A stretch of 64,000 nt of DNA, from the NCBI GenBank assembly GCA_016931625.1, contig JAFGEK010000079.1, positions 258-64,257 of the forward strand, read 5' to 3'. This stretch comes from Deltaproteobacteria bacterium. GTDB lineage: Bacteria > Myxococcota > XYA12-FULL-58-9 > JAFGEK01. How positions within the stretch are numbered: position 1 is the first letter of the stretch; each line of letters opens with the position of its first letter. A program made the position numbers and the translations under genes. Positions 9,332 through 19,756 of this stretch are shown piece by piece. Under the pieces are notes generated by a model. That model was given only the letters and a program-made list of their open reading frames with translations, was not told where the DNA came from and searched no databases.

Positions 9332-12300
9332 CTTCGTATACCGCACCGTTTGCGCGAATACCACAAGTGAAGTTATCACCAGCAGCAACTGCCACCCAAT
9401 CAGTTTTGGCGCCGACTTGTACTGGAGTTGCCGATTGGTAAAATTGATAACCAGCGCCTAATTGCCCAGAGTGATTTGCACCCCAGCACCACAGCGAGCC
9501 TTTTCCTGCTGAAGCGTATTGAATACCGCAAGTATGATTTAAACCAGCAGCAACCCAAATCCAGTTATTACCAAGCGAAGTTGAAGATACCGGCGAATAG
9601 ACATCAGTAAAGGTGCCGTTACCTAATTGACCAAGACTATTTGAACCCCAGCAACGCAGCGAACCGGGAAAAGCTGAACCGGTAATACCACAAGTGTGAT
9701 TACCACCAGCACTAGCAGTTAACCATTGGGTTTGGCCGGACCAAGTGTTAGTGGGCATAAGAATTTTTGTCGGTGAATTTGAATCAATACCAATTTGCCC
9801 ATTAGCATTTTTACCCCAGCAGTAAAGTTCGTTATAACCATAAGTATAGTCATGACGAATGGCACACGAATGTTGATCACCAACTGCTAATTGAGTCCAA
9901 TCATCAAAGCTAGTACCGTTTTGCACCATTATTTGTGGAGTATTATAAAAGTTGTCGGATTGATTATTACCTAACTGTCCATCATTATTTTGTCCCCAGC
10001 AATAGACGCTGTTTGAACCTGATATTGATCTAATACCGCAAGTATGTTCTGATCCTGCGCCAACCGCAATCCAATCACTGCTATAATAATATTCACGCTC
10101 TGGTACAGCCCGAGAATTATAGGTACCAGTGCCTAATTGCCCAATGCTATTGTCACCGCTGCAGTATAGTTCGCCACCGTTAATGATAAAGCATGAATGT
10201 TTGGCGCCAGCGGTTACTTTATTAATAGCATTACTACCGCTAAATAGACCCACAGCTTCTTGGCGTGGCGCAATATCATCTATAAATTCTGTTGCAGGTG
10301 TTGGCCATTCATTACCAAGTTGGCCAAAGCGGTCATCACCCCAACACCAGGCTTTACCATATAAATCACGACCACAAGCATGCTTGCCGCCTGTTGATAG
10401 GCTAGTAAGTTCAATATATCCATAGCTAGTGTTAAGAACTTTATCGGTAGGCGCAAGCGTTGCCGCAATACCATTACCAACAGTGCCCTCATTGCGATTA
10501 CCCCAGCAATATAAACCATAACTATTAATTGCACAGGTATGTACAGCCCCAAGTGCGGCAGTAGTTGCGCCGTTTAATACTGCTGATGGACCTTGTGAGT
10601 AAGTATGGCCGACTCCTAATTGTCCATTATAATTACCGCCCCAACATTCAAGGTTATTGTTTCTTATGGCGCAAGTATGATTTGCACCAGCAAAAATCAT
10701 CCCACTCCAGTTGTCACTAAGATATAATGGATAAAGCGAAGATGAAGGTCCTACTTGTAGCCAACTATTATCACCCCAACAATATAACTTATCACCGGTG
10801 TCAAGAGCGCATGCATGTTTTTGTCCAACTACTACATTACGATATTGCATAGTATTATCTACTAAGGTCGGTTGAGATTTATATTGGTTATTACCTATAC
10901 CTAGTTGCCCATAATCGTTTTTACCCCAGCACCATAATGAATAGTCATTTTGAATGCCGCAAGTAAAATCATCACCAAGAGCAAAATCTTGCCATTGATA
11001 GCCACCACTTACAATGTTAGTAAAGTTTGATTCATAATCAGAAGTATTACCGAGACCTAACTGGCCATAACTATTGTTGCCCCAACAATATAAAGTTTTA
11101 TTACTAGTTAGAGCACAAGTATGCCTGGTACCAGCCTTAACTTTAACAAAATTATAGCTATAATCAGCAACCTGCATGGGCTCAGTAGGAATAGAGCCAG
11201 TATAACCTAAACCTAATTGACCGTCAGAATTTGCGCCCCAACACCATAGATCTTGATAAGCACCACCATTGGCATAGCGAAGCCCGCAAGTATGACCGCC
11301 ACCTGCAGTTGCTTGCAGCCAGTTATCTACACCATCAGCAGTTTCAGAGTGAATACGTGTAACCCATCCGATACGTTCATCGCCTAAATCAGGAGCGACT
11401 TGCCCATTTTTATTAGCACCAAAACACCATAAGCTTTGATCAGAGGCAATAGCACAGTTATGCTGTGCGCTCGGACCTGAATCAACAAATTGCCAAACCA
11501 TGCTGACTGTCCAAGTGCGAGTGTCTTCTGTTGTATTTCCAGCAGAGTCAGTAGCCCAAACAGTAAGAGTATGCGATGTTTCGGTTAGTCCATAGCGAGA
11601 AACATTTTCTGGATAATTGGTTGCAGTGGTCACATTTTCACTATCAAATTTATAAGTAATCGTGCAGCCATTATAATCGCTACAGTCAAGGTCTACATTA
11701 AAACTCGTGCGACTATCAGGGGTGGTAGGTGCAGAGGGATAAAAAGTCAGTGATAGTGTTGGTTGAACAGTATCGACGTCCCAATAGTAAGTAGCTCCAT
11801 AGTCATCACGATTATTAGAACTATCAAAGGCCCATACCTCAAATGTATGTGAACCCTCGTCGACATATTGAGAAATTGAACCACCACTACAATCGAAATA
11901 TGCACCATAATCTAAACGACATTCGTAAGTACAATTAGTTTCATTGCAGCTAAAAGTGAAATTTGCATATGAATCATTGGTGAGACTTGATGGTGATGAG
12001 TTAATATAAGTAATTGGAGGCGTAGTGTCAGCGCTTGCGACATACCAGGTGAAAGTAGATGGGCTATTGTCAACGTTGTTGCTGCTGTCAATGGCACGCA
12101 CCGCGAAATAGTGAGTCCCTGGTTGTAGAGAATAATAATCTATAGAGTTTGAAGAGCCATCGCCACAGGGAGCAAATGGTTCAGAATCAAGTCGACAGTC
12201 AAAGCCGGTGACTTGTATATTGTCGCTACCAGAAAAAGAAAAGTAAGCATAAGTGTTGGTTGATGATGAAGCTGGGGTGCTATTTAGGTATGTTTCAGGA

Positions 12301-13085
12301 GATTGAGAGTCAGTAATAGTAGTTACAATATTCCAACGATATTCTGGTGGTTGTGGATCATAATTGCCATTGTTGTCTTTGGCGCGTACACGAAAAACAT
12401 GCTCACCGTAACTTAAACTTGAGTATGAAAATGATCCAGGATTTATATTAGAACATACACTATATCCAGAATTATCAAGTTCGCATTCGAAATTAGCTAT
12501 TCCATAGTTACTACTAGCAGAGAAATAAAAATTTATATCTTTTTGAGTGGTCTGGGCAGTATCAGGATATGCGCTGGTAATAGTAGTAGATGGATATTCA
12601 AATCCAGAACTACTACCACTAGTATCAATTTGCACTTGCCAAGTATAAGATGCAGGATTATTATCTACATTACCAGAATTATCTCGTGCACGAACTTGAA
12701 AAGTATGAGAACCAGTCGATAGATCATTATATTGTATAGAAGCTTGACCACTGTTAGGTACGCCGCAAGGCGAAAAAGAGGCATCATCAAGACTGCAATC
12801 AAAACCAATCACACTATCATTATCTGTGCCGGTATATTTAAATTCAACTGATGTACCACTTGGGTTAGTTGGGGAAGAGGTTATTTGTGTATCTGGTGCA
12901 AGGGTGTCATTGCTAACCATGCTAGAATCATTAGGTACACAGATGTTATTGTTACAGTGAAACTCTTTAGCGCAATCGTCATCAGAATTGCATTTAAAAG
13001 TTTCTTTGTAAATATCCGGTACTTGTACAGTGCAACCGGTTAATAGCCAAATTAAAATAAAACAAGTGGTAAGATAGTGTCGCAT
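9264..13085 (-). CDS. Large lipoprotein: Cys-rich motif, about 5 Ig-like repeats, many RCC1/BLIP-II repeats
   Basis: GAGGGAG precedes ATG 13085. Lipobox LLTGC. Repeats G.H.F.VRA.D..GN and CWG.N..GQLG / G..HTC. Confidence 0.88.
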   Translation of the reverse strand: MRHYLTTCFILIWLLTGCTVQVPDIYKETFKCNSDDDCAKEFHCNNNICVPNDSSMVSNDTLAPDTQITSSPTNPSGTSVEFKYTGTDNDSVIGFDCSLDDASFSPCGVPNSGQASIQYNDLSTGSHTFQVRARDNSGNVDNNPASYTWQVQIDTSGSSSGFEYPSTTITSAYPDTAQTTQKDINFYFSASSNYGIANFECELDNSGYSVCSNINPGSFSYSSLSYGEHVFRVRAKDNNGNYDPQPPEYRWNIVTTITDSQSPETYLNSTPASSSTNTYAYFSFSGSDNIQVTGFDCRLDSEPFAPCGDGSSNSIDYYSLQPGTHYFAVRAIDSSNNVDNSPSTFTWYVASADTTPPITYINSSPSSLTNDSYANFTFSCNETNCTYECRLDYGAYFDCSGGSISQYVDEGSHTFEVWAFDSSNNRDDYGATYYWDVDTVQPTLSLTFYPSAPTTPDSRTSFNVDLDCSDYNGCTITYKFDSENVTTATNYPENVSRYGLTETSHTLTVWATDSAGNTTEDTRTWTVSMVWQFVDSGPSAQHNCAIASDQSLWCFGANKNGQVAPDLGDERIGWVTRIHSETADGVDNWLQATAGGGHTCGLRYANGGAYQDLWCWGANSDGQLGLGYTGSIPTEPMQVADYSYNFVKVKAGTRHTCALTSNKTLYCWGNNSYGQLGLGNTSDYESNFTNIVSGGYQWQDFALGDDFTCGIQNDYSLWCWGKNDYGQLGIGNNQYKSQPTLVDNTMQYRNVVVGQKHACALDTGDKLYCWGDNSWLQVGPSSSLYPLYLSDNWSGMIFAGANHTCAIRNNNLECWGGNYNGQLGVGHTYSQGPSAVLNGATTAALGAVHTCAINSYGLYCWGNRNEGTVGNGIAATLAPTDKVLNTSYGYIELTSLSTGGKHACGRDLYGKAWCWGDDRFGQLGNEWPTPATEFIDDIAPRQEAVGLFSGSNAINKVTAGAKHSCFIINGGELYCSGDNSIGQLGTGTYNSRAVPEREYYYSSDWIAVGAGSEHTCGIRSISGSNSVYCWGQNNDGQLGNNQSDNFYNTPQIMVQNGTSFDDWTQLAVGDQHSCAIRHDYTYGYNELYCWGKNANGQIGIDSNSPTKILMPTNTWSGQTQWLTASAGGNHTCGITGSAFPGSLRCWGSNSLGQLGNGTFTDVYSPVSSTSLGNNWIWVAAGLNHTCGIQYASAGKGSLWCWGANHSGQLGAGYQFYQSATPVQVGAKTDWVAVAAGDNFTCGIRANGAVYEAYCFGDNYQGQLGNATAWEVYP

Positions 13086-13230
13086 TGCTCCCTCACAGCT
13101 AGTAACAATAAGGTATAACGGCTCTATTTTGAAAAACATGTAGTGCGATTTTAAAAAGGTTAATTCGAGGTAGTAAAAAATAGTAATAATGTAGTATAAA
13201 CGCAGATACTTATATTAGTTAGGCATAAGC

Positions 13231-14673
13231 ATGATTCGGGCTAAAAAACCTCAATTTGCAGCAAAAAAAAAGAAATATAAAAGGCGATCATCATCTATAG
13301 CATTGGTGGCGGAAAATTTATATTTGAATAACTATAATTCACGGGCGAAGAAAATCGATATTGGTGAGTTTGATCGAAACGCTAAGCTACAAAAATTAGC
13401 TTTAGATTTATGGAGTCGTATTCGTCTTGATTGGAATTATGTGGCAACACGATTATCGACAGCAGTGCGTCAAGAACGTTGGTTAAACAGTAAAGAAAGG
13501 CGAGATTTATTTGAATTATTATTTGGAATGATTCGCCAATATCGTAGGATAGATTATTTATTGAATAATGCGGGTGTGTTAATACCACCTGGTACTACCT
13601 ATGAATTAGCTCGCTTATTAATTTATAGACTAATAAATGATGAAATAGATATCGTGACTGCAAATAATTACTTTAAAAGTATTGATTGGCAAAAAGTTAT
13701 TGATAGCAATGCAAACCTTGCAAAAGAACATAATATGCAAAAACGTATTGCATATTTACACTCCTATCCAGATTGGCTTACTAAGCGTTTTATTAAAGAA
13801 TTTAATGAGGAAGCAGAGCCATTAGCAATAGCACTTAATCAACGGGCAAATTTAACGTTGCGATGTAACATTAGTAAAATATCTCGTAAGTCATTACTAG
13901 AGCGTTTTAGTGAAAAAAAAATATCAGCAGAAGCTGGTCAATTTTCAGACCAAGCAATAATACTTAAATCACACATAGATGTCTTTGGATTAACCGAATA
14001 TGCTGAGGGTTTATTTGAAACACAAGATGAGGGTAGTCAATTAATTGCCGCACTAATAGATGCTAAAGCAAATGATATAGTGGTCGATGTATGCGCGGGT
14101 GTAGGAGGAAAAACTTTTGCTATAGCTGCTACTATGCAAAATAAAGGCAGTATATGGGCACTTGATATTGATGCTAAAAAACTTGCAGCGCTTGATAAAC
14201 GCGCGCGCCACTTAGATTTATCAATAATTAGAACACTATCTACAGCGACGGATAATTGGCCAACAGAAATCGCAGCGCTAATAGGCAAAGTAGATCGGGT
14301 TTTAGTCGATGCACCTTGCACTGGTACTGGTGCTTTGCGACGCAATCCCGAAAATCGCTGGCGTTTAAATGAACAAGATATTGGTGTACTTGCTAAGCTA
14401 CAAGAAAAGTTAGTTATAAGATCATTATCGCTTTTAGCTAAAGGGGGTCGTTTAGTTTATGCGACTTGTTCTTTGTTGCAGGAGGAAAACGAGGCAGTTA
14501 TTGCGCGTGTGCTTAAGCGTGCATCTAATATTGAGTTAGTACCTATTAATAAGGTTGTTAAGCAACAGCTTGCCGCACAAATAAGTGATCAGCAGGGGTT
14601 GTATTTGCAAACATTACCGCATACACATGGTAGTGATGGATTTTTTGCCGCAGTTTTGCAAAGAGTTTGTTAG
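13231..14673 (+). CDS. RsmB/NOP2-family RNA m5C methyltransferase
   Basis: HSYPDW, QDEGSQL, DVCAGVGGKT, LVDAPCTGTG, YATCSL...ENE, DGFF. Confidence 0.9.
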   Translation: MIRAKKPQFAAKKKKYKRRSSSIALVAENLYLNNYNSRAKKIDIGEFDRNAKLQKLALDLWSRIRLDWNYVATRLSTAVRQERWLNSKERRDLFELLFGMIRQYRRIDYLLNNAGVLIPPGTTYELARLLIYRLINDEIDIVTANNYFKSIDWQKVIDSNANLAKEHNMQKRIAYLHSYPDWLTKRFIKEFNEEAEPLAIALNQRANLTLRCNISKISRKSLLERFSEKKISAEAGQFSDQAIILKSHIDVFGLTEYAEGLFETQDEGSQLIAALIDAKANDIVVDVCAGVGGKTFAIAATMQNKGSIWALDIDAKKLAALDKRARHLDLSIIRTLSTATDNWPTEIAALIGKVDRVLVDAPCTGTGALRRNPENRWRLNEQDIGVLAKLQEKLVIRSLSLLAKGGRLVYATCSLLQEENEAVIARVLKRASNIELVPINKVVKQQLAAQISDQQGLYLQTLPHTHGSDGFFAAVLQRVC

Positions 14674-14720
14674 AAAATTGAGGGTAAATTTTTTTTATAA
14701 AATTTTTTTATAAAATTGGA

Positions 14721-14757
14721 TTGTCTATATTTGACTGGTAAATTATACTAGTCAAAT
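14721..14757 (+). promoter_or_regulatory. Sigma70 promoter with overlapping operator palindrome for the TA operon
   Basis: TTGTCT-17bp-TATACT. Inverted repeat ATTTGACTGGTA/TACTAGTCAAAT (14729-14757). ATG lies 6 nt after the -10 box. Confidence 0.7.
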
Positions 14758-15001
14758 GCAATGGATAAATGCGTCTGAATTTAAAGCAAAGTGTTTAGCA
14801 ATGCTCGATGAAGTGGCAAAGAGTACTGATGGTATAACTATTCTTAAAAGAGGACGTCCTATTGCTAAGTTAATACCTTATGTTTCGAGCGATGAAAAAT
14901 ATCCACAGAATTCATTAAAAGGCAGTGTTGTGATTAAAGATGATGTTATAAAGCCAGTATTGTCTGATTCAGTTTGGGAGGTAGATAAGCATAATTTATG
15001 A
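14756..15001 (+). CDS. Phd/YefM-family antitoxin
   Basis: INASEFKAKCLAMLDEV...ITILKRGRPIAKL. ATGA overlap with the toxin gene. Confidence 0.9.
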   Translation: MQWINASEFKAKCLAMLDEVAKSTDGITILKRGRPIAKLIPYVSSDEKYPQNSLKGSVVIKDDVIKPVLSDSVWEVDKHNL

Positions 15002-15393
15002 AGATTATTTTAGACACACATATTATTTTATGGTGGTTTGAAGATACTAATAGACTATCAAAAAAGCAGAAAAAAACCATTGAAAATGCTGATCAACAAA
15101 ATCCACTGTTGATTTCAGATATATCGTTATGGGAAATAGCCACTTTATATGAATTAGGCAGAATAAAACTTAAACTGCCATTACGAGATTGGCTTATGCA
15201 AGCTTTTGCGCCACCACTAGTCAGGTTATGTGGTATTACTGCCGCAATTGCTGCAACGGTTGCTTCACTACCAGAGAGTTTTAATCGAGATCCTGCCGAT
15301 AGAATTATAACAGCTACCGCGCTGGTTCATGGTGCAACATTAGTTACTAATGACGAAAGAATAATAAGATCAAAAATTGTATCAATACTTTAA
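14998..15393 (+). CDS. vapC: VapC-family PIN-domain toxin
   Basis: ILDTHIILW, SLWEI, DPADRIITATA, LVTND. Confidence 0.9.
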   Translation: MKIILDTHIILWWFEDTNRLSKKQKKTIENADQQNPLLISDISLWEIATLYELGRIKLKLPLRDWLMQAFAPPLVRLCGITAAIAATVASLPESFNRDPADRIITATALVHGATLVTNDERIIRSKIVSIL

Positions 15394-15430
15394 TATTTTA
15401 GCATAATTTGTTATATTCGATTTTATATCT

Positions 15431-15466
15431 GATAAGTATAGATATTTTGATAAGTATAGATATTTT
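15431..15466. repeat. 18-bp perfect tandem duplication GATAAGTATAGATATTTT x2
   Basis: Read directly from the sequence. Confidence 0.85.
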
Positions 15467-15509
15467 AGTACAATTTTGTTAAAAGTCATATAACAGTAAA
15501 AAACTTTGA

Positions 15510-16335
15510 GTGTCAGATAATATGGCAGAAATAAAAAGCGATAGCCAAGTTATCGGTAAACCCCTTATCAGCGACTTGGTGGCAAACGATATTGATAATA
15601 GTCTGCAAAGTTCACTAACAGTCTCAGCGTTTATTAATAATAGTCAAATAATTGAAACAAACAAATTAGTATATAGTGATGCAGACTTATTTTGCGATGG
15701 CGATGAACAATTATATTCACAGTATATTACAGGTAATCCAGCAAGTGGGCAGAATTTTAGCGCCAATAGCAATTATTTAAGTTTAAATACTGATTTTGCC
15801 TGCCACAACAACGCTGGGGTTAATTTATCGGTTTCTTCAAGTAAAATTAAAGCAGCAGAAGATGTAGAGATAGAAGAGGCCTTTAAGTTTTTAAAGCACA
15901 TCGGTTTTTCAGATGAGCAAGCGCTTGATACGATTACGGTAGGAATAACTAGTACAGTTAGCCAAATTGCCATCGCAAACAGTTGCGATGCTGCAAGACT
16001 TACCAGAAGAAATCGTTGCATTTATACCAATAGAGAAACTTAAAGAACTATCGTCCGAGAAAGTATGGGCGATGTCGAAAGCAAAATTCAATGCAGTAGT
16101 TACAGGTTATATTCTTGAATACCTTTTAACTAAGACGCCCAGCGATGTAGCATTTGTAAAAACCTTACCAGAAATAACTGAAGAATTTGTAAATCTAAGC
16201 CATAAAATTAAGATGCTAAGAATAAAAATGAAAAATGAAAAACCGGATAGCTTTTTTTATCGAATATATCAAAAGTTATTAATTAAGTATAAAACAAGAC
16301 ATAAGAAGATACATGATCTGCTGAGTAAAAAGTGA
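15510..16335 (+). CDS. Hypothetical: two overlapping orphan ORFs (15510-16043 and 15967-16335), possibly one frameshifted gene
   Basis: ORF track only. No recognisable motifs. Confidence 0.35.
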
Positions 16336-16385
16336 ATTATAAAATGTATAATCAAAATAATAAATATATATTCATATTGAGGTAA

Positions 16386-17690
16386 TTACTGCCATCTTAG
16401 CGGTTTATTTAGTAGCATCTCACTAAAAGCATCTATGCGTGTACGGACTTGTGAAGGATTAAAACTATGAGAGTCAATGCAACAAGCGTCAAGAGTTAAT
16501 ACTGGTATTTGTTCGCGTAAGAATAATTGCTGTAAAAGCGGATATTGCATAGCATAAACTCCACAATGAGGCATAGCTAGCATTACCACGCCATCAATAC
16601 GATGCTCTTCGGCTTGCTCTAATAAAAGTTTAAAGCGTTGTTGGGGTAAAATCGATTCACGGGAATTAAGTAGGTGTTTGGCTAAATCATCATAGGGGTC
16701 ATATAAATCACAACCTTTAAAGTTAAGTTCTGATATATCTTCCCATACAAAACGAATCAGGCCATCACGCTCGATATATTCAACTATATCATTGGGATAG
16801 TATGGCATTAAAAACATCCACATAAGCCGCCGCTGTGGTTGTTGTTTAACTTGATCATCATTTTGTAAACGTTCTTGGTAACTTTGCAGCATATGTTGGG
16901 CAAAGGCAGTAAATTCCGGCTTACCATAGTAGGGTGAAACTCCAATGGTAAGTGATTGAAAGACACTTGGCGGATCAAGCAATGGGTAGCGACTGCGCAA
17001 ATGCAGTGCAGCTTTAAATGCGGTATAGGCATTATGGGCGTATGCTAAACTATTGTGTAAGTTTGCAGAACTAAGGGTTTCACCAGTTTGCTTTTCAATT
17101 AGGTGAGTCAACTCATATAGTTGTGATGCCACATATTTAATGGCATTAATATTATCACCGGCATTATAGGGCACGTTAATTAAATAATGTGGCGCTTGAT
17201 AATGATGAGCTGCAAAACTATATACATTGGATATACCTTCACAACCTTTAGCCGTGTTAATAATAAAATCTGGCGAAGCACAAATATTTAAGTATTGACT
17301 GGCAGGTATCGTGCGGACAAAATTGCATACTGATCGTGGTATGCCGATTTTGTCAGCAGCAATAAGCAGACATTGCTCGGCGCCCTGAGCTGCAAATAAT
17401 GAACCGATAGCTTCAACCGGAAAAAAGACAAGGCTGCTAAAGGCATTAAGTAATTCAGGGGGGACGGTAATATTGCGCCAGACTACAAAAGCATCTGGGG
17501 TATAAGCGCGACGCAATTCAGAGGCAATTAATGATAAAGGTGATGAAGTAGCTGCGGTCGGGTTAAGCGAGAGATCAGCGGCAATTTTGTTGGCCAAAGT
17601 TTTTTTAGGTATTTTATGTCGACGTAATTCGGTAAATAGCCTCGCTATTTGTTGACTACGTTCATGATGTTGTAGCTTAATTAAACTCAT
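16386..17690 (-). CDS. 2-hydroxyacyl-CoA dehydratase subunit (HgdA/B, FldB/C family)
   Basis: PPELL.AF...PVE, CNF, GCEG, RIDGVV...HC, VRTRIDAFSEML. Confidence 0.8.
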   Translation of the reverse strand: MSLIKLQHHERSQQIARLFTELRRHKIPKKTLANKIAADLSLNPTAATSSPLSLIASELRRAYTPDAFVVWRNITVPPELLNAFSSLVFFPVEAIGSLFAAQGAEQCLLIAADKIGIPRSVCNFVRTIPASQYLNICASPDFIINTAKGCEGISNVYSFAAHHYQAPHYLINVPYNAGDNINAIKYVASQLYELTHLIEKQTGETLSSANLHNSLAYAHNAYTAFKAALHLRSRYPLLDPPSVFQSLTIGVSPYYGKPEFTAFAQHMLQSYQERLQNDDQVKQQPQRRLMWMFLMPYYPNDIVEYIERDGLIRFVWEDISELNFKGCDLYDPYDDLAKHLLNSRESILPQQRFKLLLEQAEEHRIDGVVMLAMPHCGVYAMQYPLLQQLFLREQIPVLTLDACCIDSHSFNPSQVRTRIDAFSEMLLNKPLRWQ

Positions 17691-17730
17691 TATATTATCA
17701 CAACCTTTAGATAATTTTTTAATAATAGAC

Positions 17731-19710
17731 CTAGCTATTTTTTATTGAATTCAAACGCTCAAGCCATGCATCACAGCGTGTTTGCAGTTGTCCGTCAATA
17801 GTTAAATTACCTGAGAGTTCAAGTTCTAGAGTCGGTAGCCCGAGTTTTTCAAATTCTTGCGAAATAAAATGCATATTTGTATAAGCCACCGTACAGAATT
17901 TTGCATTGACTACCACTATCCCATCTGCTTGAGCATGTAATACTTGACCTATAATATTGCGTAAAAATTTATGCTTGTCGATTAATCGCGGGCAGTTAAT
18001 ATGAGTTAGGGTATAGTCTGCTAAAGCAATAAAAGGGTCTTTACATTTAACATTAATATAACCTTGCCATGGTCGCATTGCCGAGCAATGATCAGTTACG
18101 ACAAATTCAGCGCTCGTAGCAAATGTTTGCTGCAGCGTTTCGTTATTAATACAACACCCTAAAATTGCGAGTCGCAATTTTGTTGAGACAATATTTTTAT
18201 TACTATGCTTAGCTTTTAGCTGTTGAAGATAACCTTGCAATTGTAAAGAGATCGATGAGGGTGGCATGGTTAATGCCATAGTATATAGTTCAGCCATAGC
18301 AGCTTCATTTATGGTTAAAGCGCCAGATGTACGAAATAACATAAGTTGTTGCCATAAGAGTCTAGTTTCATTGCTAGCATTAATAGCTTGCCATAATTTA
18401 TTAAGAGAAAACGATATATTAAAATATGCACAGAGTTGATCAACAATTGCACGATAGCTTTCAGCTAAATAGTGGCAGTCGTTAACCTGGTTTTTTAACG
18501 GCATTGCACTTAACACCGTGAAAATTTGGGGTTGTTGCAATGCAATAGCATCATAAACACGGCGTTTGGCATCACATGAGTCAACTGCGATAACACCGAG
18601 TAATTGGCGGTTAGCATGTAGATTTTCAATTTGACTTGCTTGTGCAGATGCAATTGAGCAAATTTGTGGATGTAGATTAAATAGTGAAAGTTGTTGGTGT
18701 TGTGTTTGAATAGCGATAATGCGATTTGGTAGGTTAAGAGCGTATAAAATTTCACGAGGAAAACAACTGCAAAGTACGGCAATAAAACTATCCTTAGCAA
18801 TAGCCTTATTAGTATTTGGAGAAGCAATAACTTGATTTGAACATGTTGGCTGAGACTTTATTTGATTATTACATTTAAGTGAATAGTTATTATTAAGTAA
18901 ATTATCACGTGCAATAAGTGCAGCACCAAGAGCCCCAACTATTTGGGGATTATCACATACATTTAGTGTATATCCTAACAAGTGTGTAAGTTGTTTTACT
19001 AGGGCCTGATTAAGTGCAACACCGCCACTCATAACATATAAAGGAGAATGATCCAGCCGTTGTATTAATGCTAAAGTACGATTAGCAATAGCATAAAATA
19101 CTGCCGCCATTATATCACCAGGGTTAATATTTTTTGCAATAAGACTTACAACTTCAGACTCGGCAAAAACCGCGCAGGTAGAATTTATATTTACTTTATT
19201 AATACTATTAGCTGCGGCGAAGTTTAATTGCGTGAGATCATCATTAAGCGTACGACAAATCGTTTCAATAAAGCGACCAGTACCAGCGGCACACCGATCA
19301 TTCATAACAAAATTTTGAACATTACCATTATTAGCAAGACAAATAACTTTGCTATCTTGTCCACCAATATCAATTACTGTTTTAGCTTCGGGAAAAAAAT
19401 GCAAGACCCCACGAGCATGACAAGAAATTTCAGAAATTGTATTTTTCACCCAACTAACACTATGACGTCCAAATCCAGTAGCTACGCTAGCAATAATTTG
19501 CTGAGGTTTAATATGAAATAACCCTAATATTGCTTGATAGGCCATATCAGCAGTATTTTCAGCACTAGGACTACTTGAAAAAATATGACTAAAGGAAATA
19601 TGACCAGTATCAGTATCAACAGCAACAATTTCTGTTGAGATCGATCCAATATCAATGCCCAAACAATAGGTTGCAGTAGGTTTTGGCAGCATTGTAAAAC
19701 TATTAATCAT
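17731..19710 (-). CDS. HgdC/BadFG-type ATP-dependent activase fused to a 2-hydroxyacyl-CoA dehydratase subunit
   Basis: N-terminal: GIDIGSIST, EISCHARG, IDIGGQDSK, MNDRCAAGTGRF, STCAVFAESE, GGVALN. C-terminal: FPREIL, DSCD, CPR, KFC, GQLQTR. Confidence 0.85.
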   Translation of the reverse strand: MINSFTMLPKPTATYCLGIDIGSISTEIVAVDTDTGHISFSHIFSSSPSAENTADMAYQAILGLFHIKPQQIIASVATGFGRHSVSWVKNTISEISCHARGVLHFFPEAKTVIDIGGQDSKVICLANNGNVQNFVMNDRCAAGTGRFIETICRTLNDDLTQLNFAAANSINKVNINSTCAVFAESEVVSLIAKNINPGDIMAAVFYAIANRTLALIQRLDHSPLYVMSGGVALNQALVKQLTHLLGYTLNVCDNPQIVGALGAALIARDNLLNNNYSLKCNNQIKSQPTCSNQVIASPNTNKAIAKDSFIAVLCSCFPREILYALNLPNRIIAIQTQHQQLSLFNLHPQICSIASAQASQIENLHANRQLLGVIAVDSCDAKRRVYDAIALQQPQIFTVLSAMPLKNQVNDCHYLAESYRAIVDQLCAYFNISFSLNKLWQAINASNETRLLWQQLMLFRTSGALTINEAAMAELYTMALTMPPSSISLQLQGYLQQLKAKHSNKNIVSTKLRLAILGCCINNETLQQTFATSAEFVVTDHCSAMRPWQGYINVKCKDPFIALADYTLTHINCPRLIDKHKFLRNIIGQVLHAQADGIVVVNAKFCTVAYTNMHFISQEFEKLGLPTLELELSGNLTIDGQLQTRCDAWLERLNSIKNS

Positions 19711-19756
19711 TTAAAGGCTCACCCATATATACATTTTTTTAAAAAATAGTTTAAAT

